Source of the DNA: Eledone cirrhosa
Lineage: Eukaryota
Direction of reading: 5' to 3'
DNA length: 64,000 bases
Assembly: GCA_964016885.1 (NCBI GenBank)
Contig: OZ024741.1
Location: forward strand, 206,832,001 to 206,896,000
In this document: one piece after another, positions 50,181-61,559 of the stretch
Position numbering within the stretch: position 1 is the stretch's first letter
How the letters are laid out: each line of letters opens with the position of its first letter
Program-made: the position numbers and the translations under genes
Notes under the pieces: generated by a model
What the model saw: only the letters and a program-made list of their open reading frames with translations
What the model was told of the DNA's origin: nothing
The model's database searches: none

Positions 50181-51854
50181 TATGTAGTGTAAATTGAAGA
50201 TATTCGGCTGATAGTTGTAGAAATCACATAAAAGTACACTTAGTCTCTAATGGTAGTATTTTCACTTGAGCTGGAATCAATTTTCGTTCCGTTCCCTTTT
50301 TGTGTTCCCGGCCAATGGAGTGATTTCTATCCACTTCTGGTATGTTCATCCATCTCAAATTTGGACAAAGTAGTAATTATGTATGCAATCGCTTTAACCC
50401 AACATTCTCTAATCCTATTTTCAGCTTAATATTTTATTTTTTAAATAGTTTTTGTAGTTTTTGTTCCATCTTTTTCACAGCTTTTAGTTTACCTCAGCCA
50501 TTGTTTTATATATCAAGACGGAAAAATAATCTTTTATTGTGCTCAAGCTCTGTAGCTATTTGTGGTATTTGTTTTACTATATTTTGCAAGATATATTTGT
50601 CGTCCAATAGTAGATATTATATATTAGAATTCTAGTCTCAGAAGACTTATATCTCCCTGCATACGTAGTAAAAATAATCTTCCTGTATCGGATTTGCGTA
50701 GTGTATACTAAATGCGTTTCATTTTTAATTCACTTCGCTTCTAGTTGAGAACGTTAATCATTGTAACACATTGGAACATCTAGAATGCGGATCCTCTTAC
50801 ACTATCTTTGGAATTTAGCTCTGCTACACCTAATTATTTATTTAATGTATCTATAAAATCCTTCTTACGCGTTTCTTTCGTTTGCGTGTATTGTTCTCTA
50901 CCAATCAACTTGATTGCTAAGTATATGTTAGTCTATGTTCGAACTAGTTTTAGCATCGCCCATTTGTCTCTCTAATATGATATTAGTGGTTAATGTCTTC
51001 ATTCATATATATATATAGTTGACGACCGAGAGAAAAAATACTGAAGTAGAGTTTAAATATTCATGTTGTTATAAATAGTGAGTCTTGTTGCTCTGGGGTT
51101 TGACCTGCTTCTCATTGGGTCATCAGACATTATCTGATCAAACTAACAGTGTAAAGTCACTGGGCTTACTAATAAATGATCTAATAAATTACCGTTAAAA
51201 TCAGATATCAAACCAAAATAGATTAAAACAAACTCATATAACGCACAAAGAGGAGACACGAATCAGAAATTTAGTATAATCCAAAAACACGAGAACATAA
51301 ATATTAACTAAAGGTATATATCATAACAACAATTACAAAAGGATTGATAGAATTATCAAAATTTATCTAAATAAATTATTAGATAAAATATCTGCAAAAT
51401 AAAATTATCTAAAATATTCAATAAAAGGCTAAATAAACATAGACATATGAACTAAAGGAATCAATAAATAATATATTATCTCATCAAATAGATATTAATC
51501 TAGACAAATAAGTCTTCTTCAAAAAGATAGTATATAAAAAATAAAAGTATCTAAAAAATGAAAGTATCTAAAAACAGTATCTAAATATTAACTCGCCCGA
51601 ACAACCCTGTGTTTAACTTTATCCTACCCAAATCCTGTATAGGAGTGTAACTACTAAGCATGAACCGTCGTCGATAATAAGTCACTTTTCCCAAAACGTT
51701 AACCAGCAACCTAGTATACTTACCAAAAATCTTCAAACGATAGAATATCACATAGGACCAAAGAAAATACTTTCAAATCAGATACAACCATATGCTTCTA
51801 ATTGAATAAAATAAGTTATCGTAACTGTCAAGCAACACACACACACACTCACTC

Positions 51855-52610
51855 GTGGGAGTACTACCAAGAGGTGTATTCTTGCTTTGTTGACGTCGAA
51901 AAGGCACATGACCTGCTGACGTTGAAAAGGCACGGGACCTGCTGTGGATGATTAGACAGGAGTGTGGGGTCAGCGTTTTGTTACTCTGATGACACTATGC
52001 GAATGCCCGACGATTTGTGTTCGGATAAATGGTGCTAAATCGAATATTGGAGTCGGGCTCCACCAAGAGAGTGTACTGTCACTGTTGCTGTTAATTGTTT
52101 TCATGAAAAGAATTAACATGCGCGGCCGGGTTAGAAGTAGTATCACGATTGGCAAGTGTAAAATCAGTCGGCTGGAATTTGCAGGGGACATAGTATTAAC
52201 TACGTAGAGGGTATCTACATCTATCTATATATTATTTAGGAGTTTCACAGATTTACGTGGAAGTATCTTCGGGCCGTGTTCATGAGTGATGGAAGACAGG
52301 AGATTAAATAAAATAAACGAATTGCAGAAGCGGGTGCATGAGAAGAAGGGGTGTGGGCGAAAAAGCAAAACTCGCTATCTTTAATTCGGTGTTCGTAACT
52401 ATCTCAAACTATAGTCATGAATTTTGGGTAATGACCGAAAGAATAAGATTGCGAATAGAAGCAACCGAAATGGGATTCCTCCGAAGGATCTCTTCAGTGA
52501 CGTCACTCAATTGGGTGCGTAACTCGGAGATTAAGGGGTCTCTCCAGGTTGAGCCACTATTCGCTGAGTTGAGTGATTACAGCTGATATGATATGGAGCC
52601 CCAAAGTGAC
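51855..52610 (+). pseudogene. RTE-clade LINE RT/C-terminal fragment
   Basis: FVDVEKAHD, GVGLHQESVLSLLL, LEFAGDIVL, EATEMGFLRRISSVT...VRNSEI. Confidence 0.75.
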
Positions 52611-52722
52611 AGAAGAAGAAGAAGAAGAAGAAGAAGAAGAAGAAGAAGAAGAAGAAGAAGAAGAAGAAGAAGAAGAAGAAGAAGAAGAAGAAGAAGAAGA
52701 AGAAGAAGAAGAAGAAGAAGAA
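52611..52722. repeat. (GAA)n microsatellite
   Basis: Directly visible. Confidence 0.97.
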
Positions 52723-54227
52723 TGGCTGTGTTGGCTTATGCAGACGACATCACCGTAATGGTGTTGAACACCTCGCAAATCGAGGTCGTGGGCACCTTCT
52801 TGGAGGAATATGAAAGGTTGACAGCAACGAAACTAAACCTGGAGAGGCAAGTCTATGCCGTCCAACAGGGTGGTCGGTCGCTTGACGGATGGACCGGTAA
52901 AGTTGCTCGGAATTTGGTTCAGGGTAGCTACTCTAACCTGAAAGATCGGGTGGAGGTGCCGAACGCGTACATTGCTTTCGTCAACTACTACCGCCTGACC
53001 GTTGTGCTTTGACCCCGTTCACGCCTCACCAAATTAGAGCGGCTCCTCTTCAACTTCTTGGGGAGGGGACAGGTTCCATTGGTGAGGTGGTCTATCTGCT
53101 GCCAGCACCCTCTACGTAGAAGGCTGGGCATGCTGTGACTAATGATACGCAAACATGCGCTGAGGCTGCGGGATCTCCTGGTATTCTGCCTGAACGCTGA
53201 AGAGGTGTGGTCACCGTTTGTCAGACGAGCTTTTCCGCAGCTCGTCTCTTTGACTGAGCTGCAGTCCTGGGTCAAGAAGAGAACGAGATTGGGCGCCTGG
53301 CATCTGGAATGTTGCCAGGCGCTCACTGCTTTCTACCGGGTGGGCAATGTGTTCAGTGCAACTTCCATTCTCGAGAGCTATAGAGGATTAGTGGTGGTAA
53401 AGTGCGACAGTGCTTTCAAAGAGATTCTAGGCGTCGACGAGAAAGATCTAGCTAGTCTTTTCCGGAAGACTTTCGAACCGTGGACTATGGACAATTTTCA
53501 GAAATCCTTCGCTTGTTAGCACTAACGGGGAGCCCTGCTGGTTCGAGATAAACTCCATGGGCACACTAGTGCACTCAGACGGAGCTGTCCGAGATGCGCA
53601 CAGAGCGACGAAACCGTTTTGCACGCACTCGTCCAGTGTCCATGTATTGCTGATTCATGGAGTTATGTCGAACAACTGCTATCGCGTGTGAGACGGATCC
53701 GTCTATCGACCAAGTCCAGAGTGAAGGTCACTCTGCCGGAAAGAGCAGGCAATTTTCCTCTGTCTAATAGCTGTAGAGAAAAAGGTTGTGTGGTGGACGC
53801 AACTGAAAGGTCTGAAGACAGACACGTTCCTCTTCGGCCAAGCCTGCGCCAATTTTTTCAAGCTACGCTTGGAAAGAGAGATAAGACTGGAGAGTGAAAT
53901 GCTGTCCCCTAGAATGTTCTTTGAAGGGTGGATGGCCCCATGTCAATGGGCCAACTCTGAACATGCGTCTATAGGCTGGGCAGATGATGGCAGAGAGGGA
54001 CGCCCCCCTTGGGTGCTCTTGGAGATTAGGGTGGGTTGGGATTTGTGGGGTTTCTAACGTCACCTCCGGGTAGTATCCCTTCTATTGGGGAATTCTGTTA
54101 TTGATATTTTCTTGTTAATTGTTTTTGTTCATTTTTTTACACGATTGCATGTAAAACTCTACTGTCCTCATCTTTGTATTGTCCTCTGTGTTCGTCTCTT
54201 GTGGCCAATAATAAAGGAATCATTATA
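52723..54227 (+). mobile_element. Tx1/L1-clade LINE, 5'-truncated 3' portion
   Basis: AYADD, then sequence collinear with 59560-61225 including HALVQC and the tail aataataaaggaatcattat. Confidence 0.88.
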
Positions 54228-55128
54228 GTTCTTTGAGTCTCAGTCATTTATGTTATTAACTGGAAAGTTTGTTGAAATGAACATCAAGCCACTACCTGCA
54301 GCCTCAGATATTCAGGACGTATCGGAGGGTTCTTGCTGTTCCCAGCAAGCATGCCTTTTGAGGTGTTCCAAAAAAAAGGGGGGCGGGGGGGGGGGGCTGG
54401 ACTAATCTTCTTTAACCATCCTTGGAAACTCTTTGAGATAATAGCTAGTACGCCTATGACAATTGGGACGACCTTGATTTCATGGCAGTTCCAAATCCTT
54501 TTTAACTCCCACTTTAAGTCCTGGTATCGGTTAATTTTCTCCCTCTCCTTTTATTGCACTCTCGTGTCAAATGGACAGGCTACATCTACAACCAGGCGCG
54601 ATCTTTTGTCCTTGTCCAAAACCACCAGGTCAGGCCTATTGTGTTCTAATGTCTTGTCCATCTGTATCCTAGAATCCCATAGCACCTTCACCTGATCGTT
54701 GTCTATCACCGACTCTGGCTTATGCTCATACCACTTCTCAGAATGTGGTAAATTATTTAGTTTGCATAGATGCCAGTGGATCAACCTGCCTATCAGATCA
54801 TGTCTCCAGCCTTTATAGAGAGCCACAGTCTCCTCTCTCTCTCTCTTCACAGATCCTCGACAGTGAGCTAGCCTCTTCCTTGTCAATATGGTTTTTCACC
54901 AACTTCGTCCTGAGAGCTTGCTCTTGCGCAGCCATTAGCATTCCTTCTGTAGCTTTTTTAAGGTCTCCTCTTTTTAACCGGTTCTATGTCTGTGGATCTC
55001 TAAATTCAGTTTTCTTAAAGAAGGTACTATGAAGGGATTTTTCATGAAGGTTGCTCTTCCTCCTTGTTGTTATTTCCTCCTTGGATATCCCCTGGTCTAT
55101 TGTCTTCTCTTTCGGTACAATTTTGAGC
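54225..55128 (-). mobile_element. R4/Dong-like 3' portion (second family)
   Basis: RHDLIGRLIHWHLC, WYEHKPESV, VLWDSRIQMDKTLEHNRPDLVVLD...VVDVACPFD. Confidence 0.85.
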
Positions 55129-55148
55129 ATTATTATTATTATTATTAA

Positions 55149-55358
55149 AGGGCGGTGGATTGGCAGTTTCGGTAGAGGGTCGGACGCCATGCTTTCCAAC
55201 ATAGTTACGTCCCTTTACCATCTGAGTTCAAATCCCGCCGAGGTTGACTTTGCCTTTCATCCTTACGGAGTCGATAAAAGAAAGTACCAGTAATGCACTG
55301 GGTAATTGCTGGCCTTGTGCCTAAAGTAGAAACATTTATTATTATTATTATTATTATT
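55149..55358 (+). mobile_element. tRNA-derived SINE family A flanked by (ATT)n
   Basis: Family sequence. Confidence 0.87.
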
Positions 55359-55563
55359 GGTCTAATCGGACGTATGTTGCTCGCTCCCAGTAAGTCGTTT
55401 TATTTGCCTGTTAAAATTATTTGTTGTTAAATATTTCTTGCTGTGTAAGGGATATAAGCCCTTAGACTTTGCCCTGTGAAGGGGAAAGTATAATATTTGG
55501 GCCTTTTGGCCCAAATATGTGAACATTTTTTTACATTTTAAAAAATTTACGGAAAAAAAAGAC

Positions 55564-57518
55564 ATGGCTGAGCCACGCGCCCCAGCGATATGTCTGCTGT
55601 CGTGCGACAACGACGTAGAAGTTGAGAGGAGCGCTACCGCGAAATTAACACAAATTGATTACACAAACACCACCACAAACAATGTAAACAAAGACACCAA
55701 TGATACCAATGAGAACTCTAATTTTGAAAAATATTACAGTAACATCGACAACGAAAATACAGATAACAAAAAAAAATGACAAATGCAACAACAACATCAA
55801 CACCACTAACATGAAAACAAATAGCGACAACACCAACAGCAACAATACCAACGGCACCAAGAACAACGGTGGCAACAAAGACAACAATGATAACATCGAC
55901 AGTGATAACAACAACACCAACAAGAACAACGACAACGACAACAACACCCCCAACGAAAACAAGAAGAACACTTTCGCTGTGGCAGCAGCAAAAAAGAGGC
56001 CATGCTTCAACATGGACCTCTCAAACAAAGATGAAAAGGTGGCCCAGGCATGGAAGCTCATCAAGCAAGAGCAAACCTGGGCCAACTTAACTGTCCCGGT
56101 AGAAGCTATTGAGGCAGTAGAGCGCAGAACGGTGCATTATAGACGCATCTCAGCACAAACCAAAAGGGCAACTTTAATCCCACAAGAAGATGTCGAAGTC
56201 GCGCTGAGGTGCATCAGAGAAGACACCGAATACATAGAGAGGGGCAGACAGTACGGCACCATATCGGTGTTGTTCAAGTCAGAAGCCCTCGCTATGAAAC
56301 ACGCTATGACTCCTTGCAAAACCAACAAGGTCATAATGTACCCCTCCCACATGGGAAAAGAACGGCCCGTCTCCGCATTCCCAGAATCCCACCAGGGTTG
56401 GACATGTGGTGGCTTCTGGGATGTGTGATTGTGGAGGGGACGGATACCGTCCCTATAGAAGTGACCAGAACGGCCAGAGAGGACTGGTCCGGGGTTGACC
56501 TGGAGATCCTTCTCCAGATCAGGCCCGAGAATGGGAAGACAATCCCGGACGACATCCGCCTTCAGAATGGGACGGTCATTCACATTATGACCGAAGGCAA
56601 AAGGCCGCAGTGTTTTGTTTGTAGGGAAAAAACCCATTTGCGAGCCTTCTGCCCTCGACTGCCGAAAGAGGCAAGGGGTCGAAAGGCTCCACTGCTGCCG
56701 ACGCCGGGGCGAACCACAACCAATACCAGCACCGGCAAAACCACCAACAACAACACCAATAGAAAGACCACCACCAACATTGACCACCCAGGGTGGAAAC
56801 GAGGAAAGCTGTCAAATTCCCCCTCCCCCCCAAAAAATACACACACCAATAAAACCATAAACCTACACACAGACACAGACCCCTCATCTACCAGTAGCGA
56901 AGATGAGGGAAAACCAAAATCTCCCAAAATACAAAAAAGGAAACGCAAAAAGAAAGAAAAACTCAACAAAGCACAAAATCCCCCACAATAAAAAACGCAG
57001 ACACTACCTACGCAAACATCTCTCCAATAACACCAACATCAACACCACCATCACCATCACCAGAATTCCCCAAACGCAAACAACCTAAACAGACGCAAGA
57101 ACAAATATACACACAAACATCTGAAACCACAGACACCGCACTCACAACTAACACAGACACAACCGAAACACCACCACCAAAACCATCACCACCACAACCA
57201 CGCAAACAAATAAAATAACACCAACAAAACATACAAAACTTCGTGCTCGTCAGGAGGTCCAACAAGGAACTGATGGCCCTCGTAGCACGAAGTGAAAATA
57301 TACAAAAAGAGGGGGTTATTTTTAAATCGAGCACATTTCGCTTGCCGGAAGATTTGGTTCTGGTGCGAATGTCGCTCGATTTATACAAAGAAATACGAGA
57401 CGTGGGAATCCCGAACGTAAAACCAACTTCAAGACTTTTAAAGGTGTTCCCAAAAGAAATCCCACCAACTAAGGAGGTCGAACAACCCGACCTTCACAAG
57501 AGCCCGGAAGGTAAGTAA
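55564..57518 (+). pseudogene. ORF1 (gag-like) with Asn/Thr-rich tracts and a CCHC zinc knuckle, frameshifted
   Basis: MAEPRAP... start; CFVCREKTHLRAFC (Cx2Cx4Hx4C); pieces 55519-55779, 55700-56428, 56209-56991, 57243-57518. Confidence 0.75.
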
Positions 57519-57550
57519 ACCTTTCCTCTCTCTCTTTTTAACCTGCCAAC

Positions 57551-60500
57551 ATGGCCGTATTAAGAGTAGGATGTTTAAATGTTCGAGGCCTGGGATCGTC
57601 CTGGAAGCAGGGTCACCTGCTCAACGACCTCAGGTCTCTAGAAATGGATGTAATCGCCGTCAGCGAGACCAGGATTTACGACACGCACGCACTAGCCCCC
57701 ATTTTCGACGACTATCAGATCATTGTATCTGTTAGCCGGCCGGGAATGGGAGGCGGGGTCGCAGTGCTGTTTAGGAAAGACCTGGATTTCGAGGTAAGGT
57801 CGATCTTACGGGACGCGGACGGGAAGTTGGTGGTCCTGGACGTGAACTATAACGAAGGTGGTGCCTTTAGACTGGTGGCAGGACGGCTGGACTTCTTTAG
57901 ACGCCTGGAATCCTTTCTGGGTATGTCTCGTCCTTTACTGTTAGCGGGGGACTGGAACGGCATCTTAGACGCACGCTGGGACTGTGTGGGAGTATCCGAT
58001 AGGAGCGGGGGGTGCAAAAGCCTCAAGAACCTGATTAGCCAGTTCCAACTGACTGACAAGTACCGACTAGATTTCCCTAATGCGCCAGTGTGGACCTGCA
58101 CTAACCGTCTAGGGTCATCTAGATCGTATATAGACAGGATATTCATTAGGAAAATAGACAGAAATAGTGTAAGCTGTCCACGTTTTTAAACGGTCGCCTA
58201 TTCAGATCCCAAGTTTGTGATCTGTATGATCGACCTAGATAAGACGCGTAGATTAGGACCTGGTTACTGGAAGCTGAACATGTCATTTCCGGCACGTAAG
58301 GCTTACAGGGACCATGTCAACAATTTAGTTAAGAAAAGGTTGACAGGGGGAGTCGTCAACGATAGATGGTGGGGGGCTCTCAAAAGAGAGATTAGAGTAA
58401 TGTCGATAGAATTTAGCAAAGAAGTAGCGTTAGAGAAAAATAGAAATAGGGGGAGTTGGTAGATAAGTTAGACGAGGCTATTGGTAGTGGCATTGCAACT
58501 AATGTGCTAGCGGCGAGAATAGCATTAGGCCATTTCTTCAATGCGAAACACGAAGGTTGCATTGTCAGAGCTAAGGCGCGTGCTCTGAGAAACGAGGGGA
58601 CCAAAGCTGTTCGATGGGCCCGCGTGGCAGAGGCGCAGCGTGGTAATAAAACCACGATTCGGTCTTTGACGGACCGAGACGGTCACGAGCTGAACTATTC
58701 CAAGCGGATGTGTGAGGCCTTTCGCCAATATTTTGCTCGGTTGTTCGGGGGAAGTGGCGGGTCAGAGATGGTGGCGGACTTCAGTCCCTACCTCGATGGC
58801 TTGCCGCAACTCTCGACGACTGACGCTCGGCGCTGCGAAAGGCCAATTACTTCAGCCGAGATTCAGGATGCCCTTGTCGGCTGCACGAGGCGCAATCGCC
58901 CGGTTTGGATGGTCTGCCCTACGAGCTTTACGTAAATGTGCCAGACTTGTTCTCCAATCTCCTCGAAGCCCTCTACTATAACTGACAGCAAAACGGGAGT
59001 ATTCCCAGTTCTGTGAGCCGGGGCGTAGTGACGCTGATAAGGAAAGACGAGAACAAATAGGGACACATTAGACAATTTCAGGCCCATAACTCTGCTCAAC
59101 ACAGAGTTTAAGATTTTGGCCATGGTATTAGCGAAGAGGTTGGCGCTTGTCGTCGGGGATTTGGTTGGGGAGGGGCAAACTTGCGCAATCCCAACCAGGT
59201 CCATACACGACAACCTCCACCTAATGCGATACATCATAGAGAGGGTAGGGTGTAAACCTCGCTTCGGTGGGTCTCTGATCAATTTAGATCAATCGAAAGC
59301 ATTCGATAGGGTCGACCATCGGTACCGGGAGGCTGTCCTCAAGGCAGCTGGCTTCGGCCCCGTCTTCAGAAGCTGGATCGCTGCAATGCACAGCGGCACC
59401 TGCTCGATGGTCAAAATTAATGGCCTCCTCTCGGAACCGTTTCAGATCTCCCGATCGGTCCGTCAAGGGTTCCCTCTCTCCTCCCTTCTGTACGTATTGA
59501 GAAGCCTTTTCTGCGGAAGCTGGAGCCGTTGCAGGGCATCCCGCTCGAACCGGGACGCGGAAAGGCTGTATCGGCTTATGCGGACGACATCGCCGTGATG
59601 ATGTCGGACACCTCAGAAATCGAGGTGATCGGCAACTTATTGGAGGAATATGGAAGGTTGACGGGAGCAAAACAACCCGGAAAAGTCGGTGGGCTTGCAA
59701 CTCGACACCTGGAGAGGCAAGTCCATGCCGTCCAATAGCGTCGTTAGACGTTGGACGGACGGACCGGTAAAGTTGCTCGGGGTTTGGTTCGGGCCAGACC
59801 TCCAGGTGGATAAGAATTGGGACGAGGTGACGGGCAGGGTAGCCAGTCTCACCCAGAAATGGGCTGGGATGAAGCTATCACTGAAAGTTCGGGCGGAGGT
59901 GGCGAACGCGTACATCGCGTCCGTCATTTACTACCGTCTGACCGTCGTCTCTTGCCCCCGTTCGCGCCTCGCCATCTTGGATGGCTCCTCTTCAAATTCT
60001 TGTGGAGAGGTCAGGTTCCGCTGGTGAGGCGGTCCATCTGCTGCCAGCACCCTCTACGTGGAGGGCTGAGCATGCCGTGGCTAATGATGCGCAGGCACGG
60101 GCTGAGGCTGTGGCATCTCCAGATATTCTGCCTAAACGGGGAACAGGTGTGGTCGCCGTTTGTCAGACGGACCTTTCCGCAGCTCGTTTCTTTGACTGAG
60201 CTGCAGTCCTGGGTGAAGAAGAAACCGAGACTGGGTGACTGGCATCTGGAATGTTGCCAGGCACTCACTGCCCTCTACCAGGTGGGAAATGCGGTCAGTG
60301 GAACTTCCACTCTCGAGTTCTATAGAGGAATAGTGGTGGGCAAGTGCGACGACGCACTCGAAGAGGCTCTGGGAGTCAACGAAGTAGAACTAACCAGTCT
60401 GTACTGGAGGACTTTCGAGCCCGCGACGATGGATAATTTCCAAATATCCCTCGCTTGGCAGTGCTACCGGGGGCACTGCCGGTTCGAGATAAACTCTACA

Positions 60501-60943
60501 GGCTCGGAAGTGCTGTCAGACGGACCTGTCCGAGATGCGTGCAGAGCGACGAAACCGTTCTGCACGCATTCGTCCAATGTCCGTGTATTACTGACTTGTG
60601 GAGTTATGTCGAACAGCTGTTGTCGCGTGTAGAACGGATCCGGCTATCGGCCGAGTCCATAGTGAAGATCGACCCGCCGCCTTCTTTTGGCCAGGAAGGG
60701 CAGGCAATTTTCCTCTGTCTGGTGGCAGTAGCGAATGAGGTTGTATGGTGGACGAGGTTGAAAGGACTGAAGACAGACACTTTTCTCTTCGGCCAATCCC
60801 TCATCAACTTCTTCAAGTTTCACTTGGAAAGGAAGGCGAGGGTGGAGAGAGAAGTGCTCCCCCCCACTACATTTGCTGAAAGGTGGGTGAATGTGGCGAG
60901 AATGGCCCGTGTAAGTGGGCTTACTCTGGTCATGCGGTTGTAG
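57551..60943 (+). pseudogene. ORF2: APE endonuclease, reverse transcriptase, C-terminal CCHC
   Basis: gccaacATGG start; LNVRGL, SETR, AGDWN, SYIDRIF, GYWKLN, LDQSKAFDRVDH, SVRQG, SAYADD, CPRCVQSDETVLHAFVQC. Confidence 0.93.
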
Positions 60944-61493
60944 GTAGGTAAATTTCAGGAGGAGAGGGGTGCCCTTCCAGGGTGCTCTTTAAGCGTCGGG
61001 TCGTGCAGGATTGGTGGGGTACCTGAGCGAACCCTGGATGGTCATCCCCCCTATTGAGGAATTTTTTCTTGTAATTTTATTGTTACTTTATTGTTACTTT
61101 GTTATTGTTACTTTGTTATTGTTATTCATATTGTTTACTCGATTTTTCTGTAAAACCCCACTGTCCCTGTCTTTTGTATTGTCCCCTATATGTCGGCCCT
61201 TGTAGCCAATAAATGAAATCATTATTATTGACTATTGGAGTAGAAGCTATGCTTCACATTGGTTTTGTAAAGTTTGTATTATTTTTGTTTATTTTGACCA
61301 TCTCTAACCTTTTCTTCGAGTTTTAGAGTTTAGAGTTTAGAGCTGACCTGCTCCATACAAGTGTGTCAGTCGTGTTGTTGAGGATGTCGGCTTTCTTAAT
61401 TTTGTTAATTTCGAAAAAAAAAAATGATTTTTCACAAAATTTATAAATGTGGGTTCTGATACCGAACATAAAGAATGCAACGTAAGATTTCTG

Positions 61494-61524
<31 letters not shown>

Positions 61525-61559
61525 GAGAGAGAGAGAATCGCTATTACTAACTGAAGCGA

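Larger units (their letters stand above)
55359..61230 (+). mobile_element. Tx1/L1-clade non-LTR retrotransposon, apparently full-length, inactivated by frameshifts and stops
   Basis: ORF1 + ORF2 architecture, AATAAA at ~61208 and an ATT tail. Confidence 0.92.
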
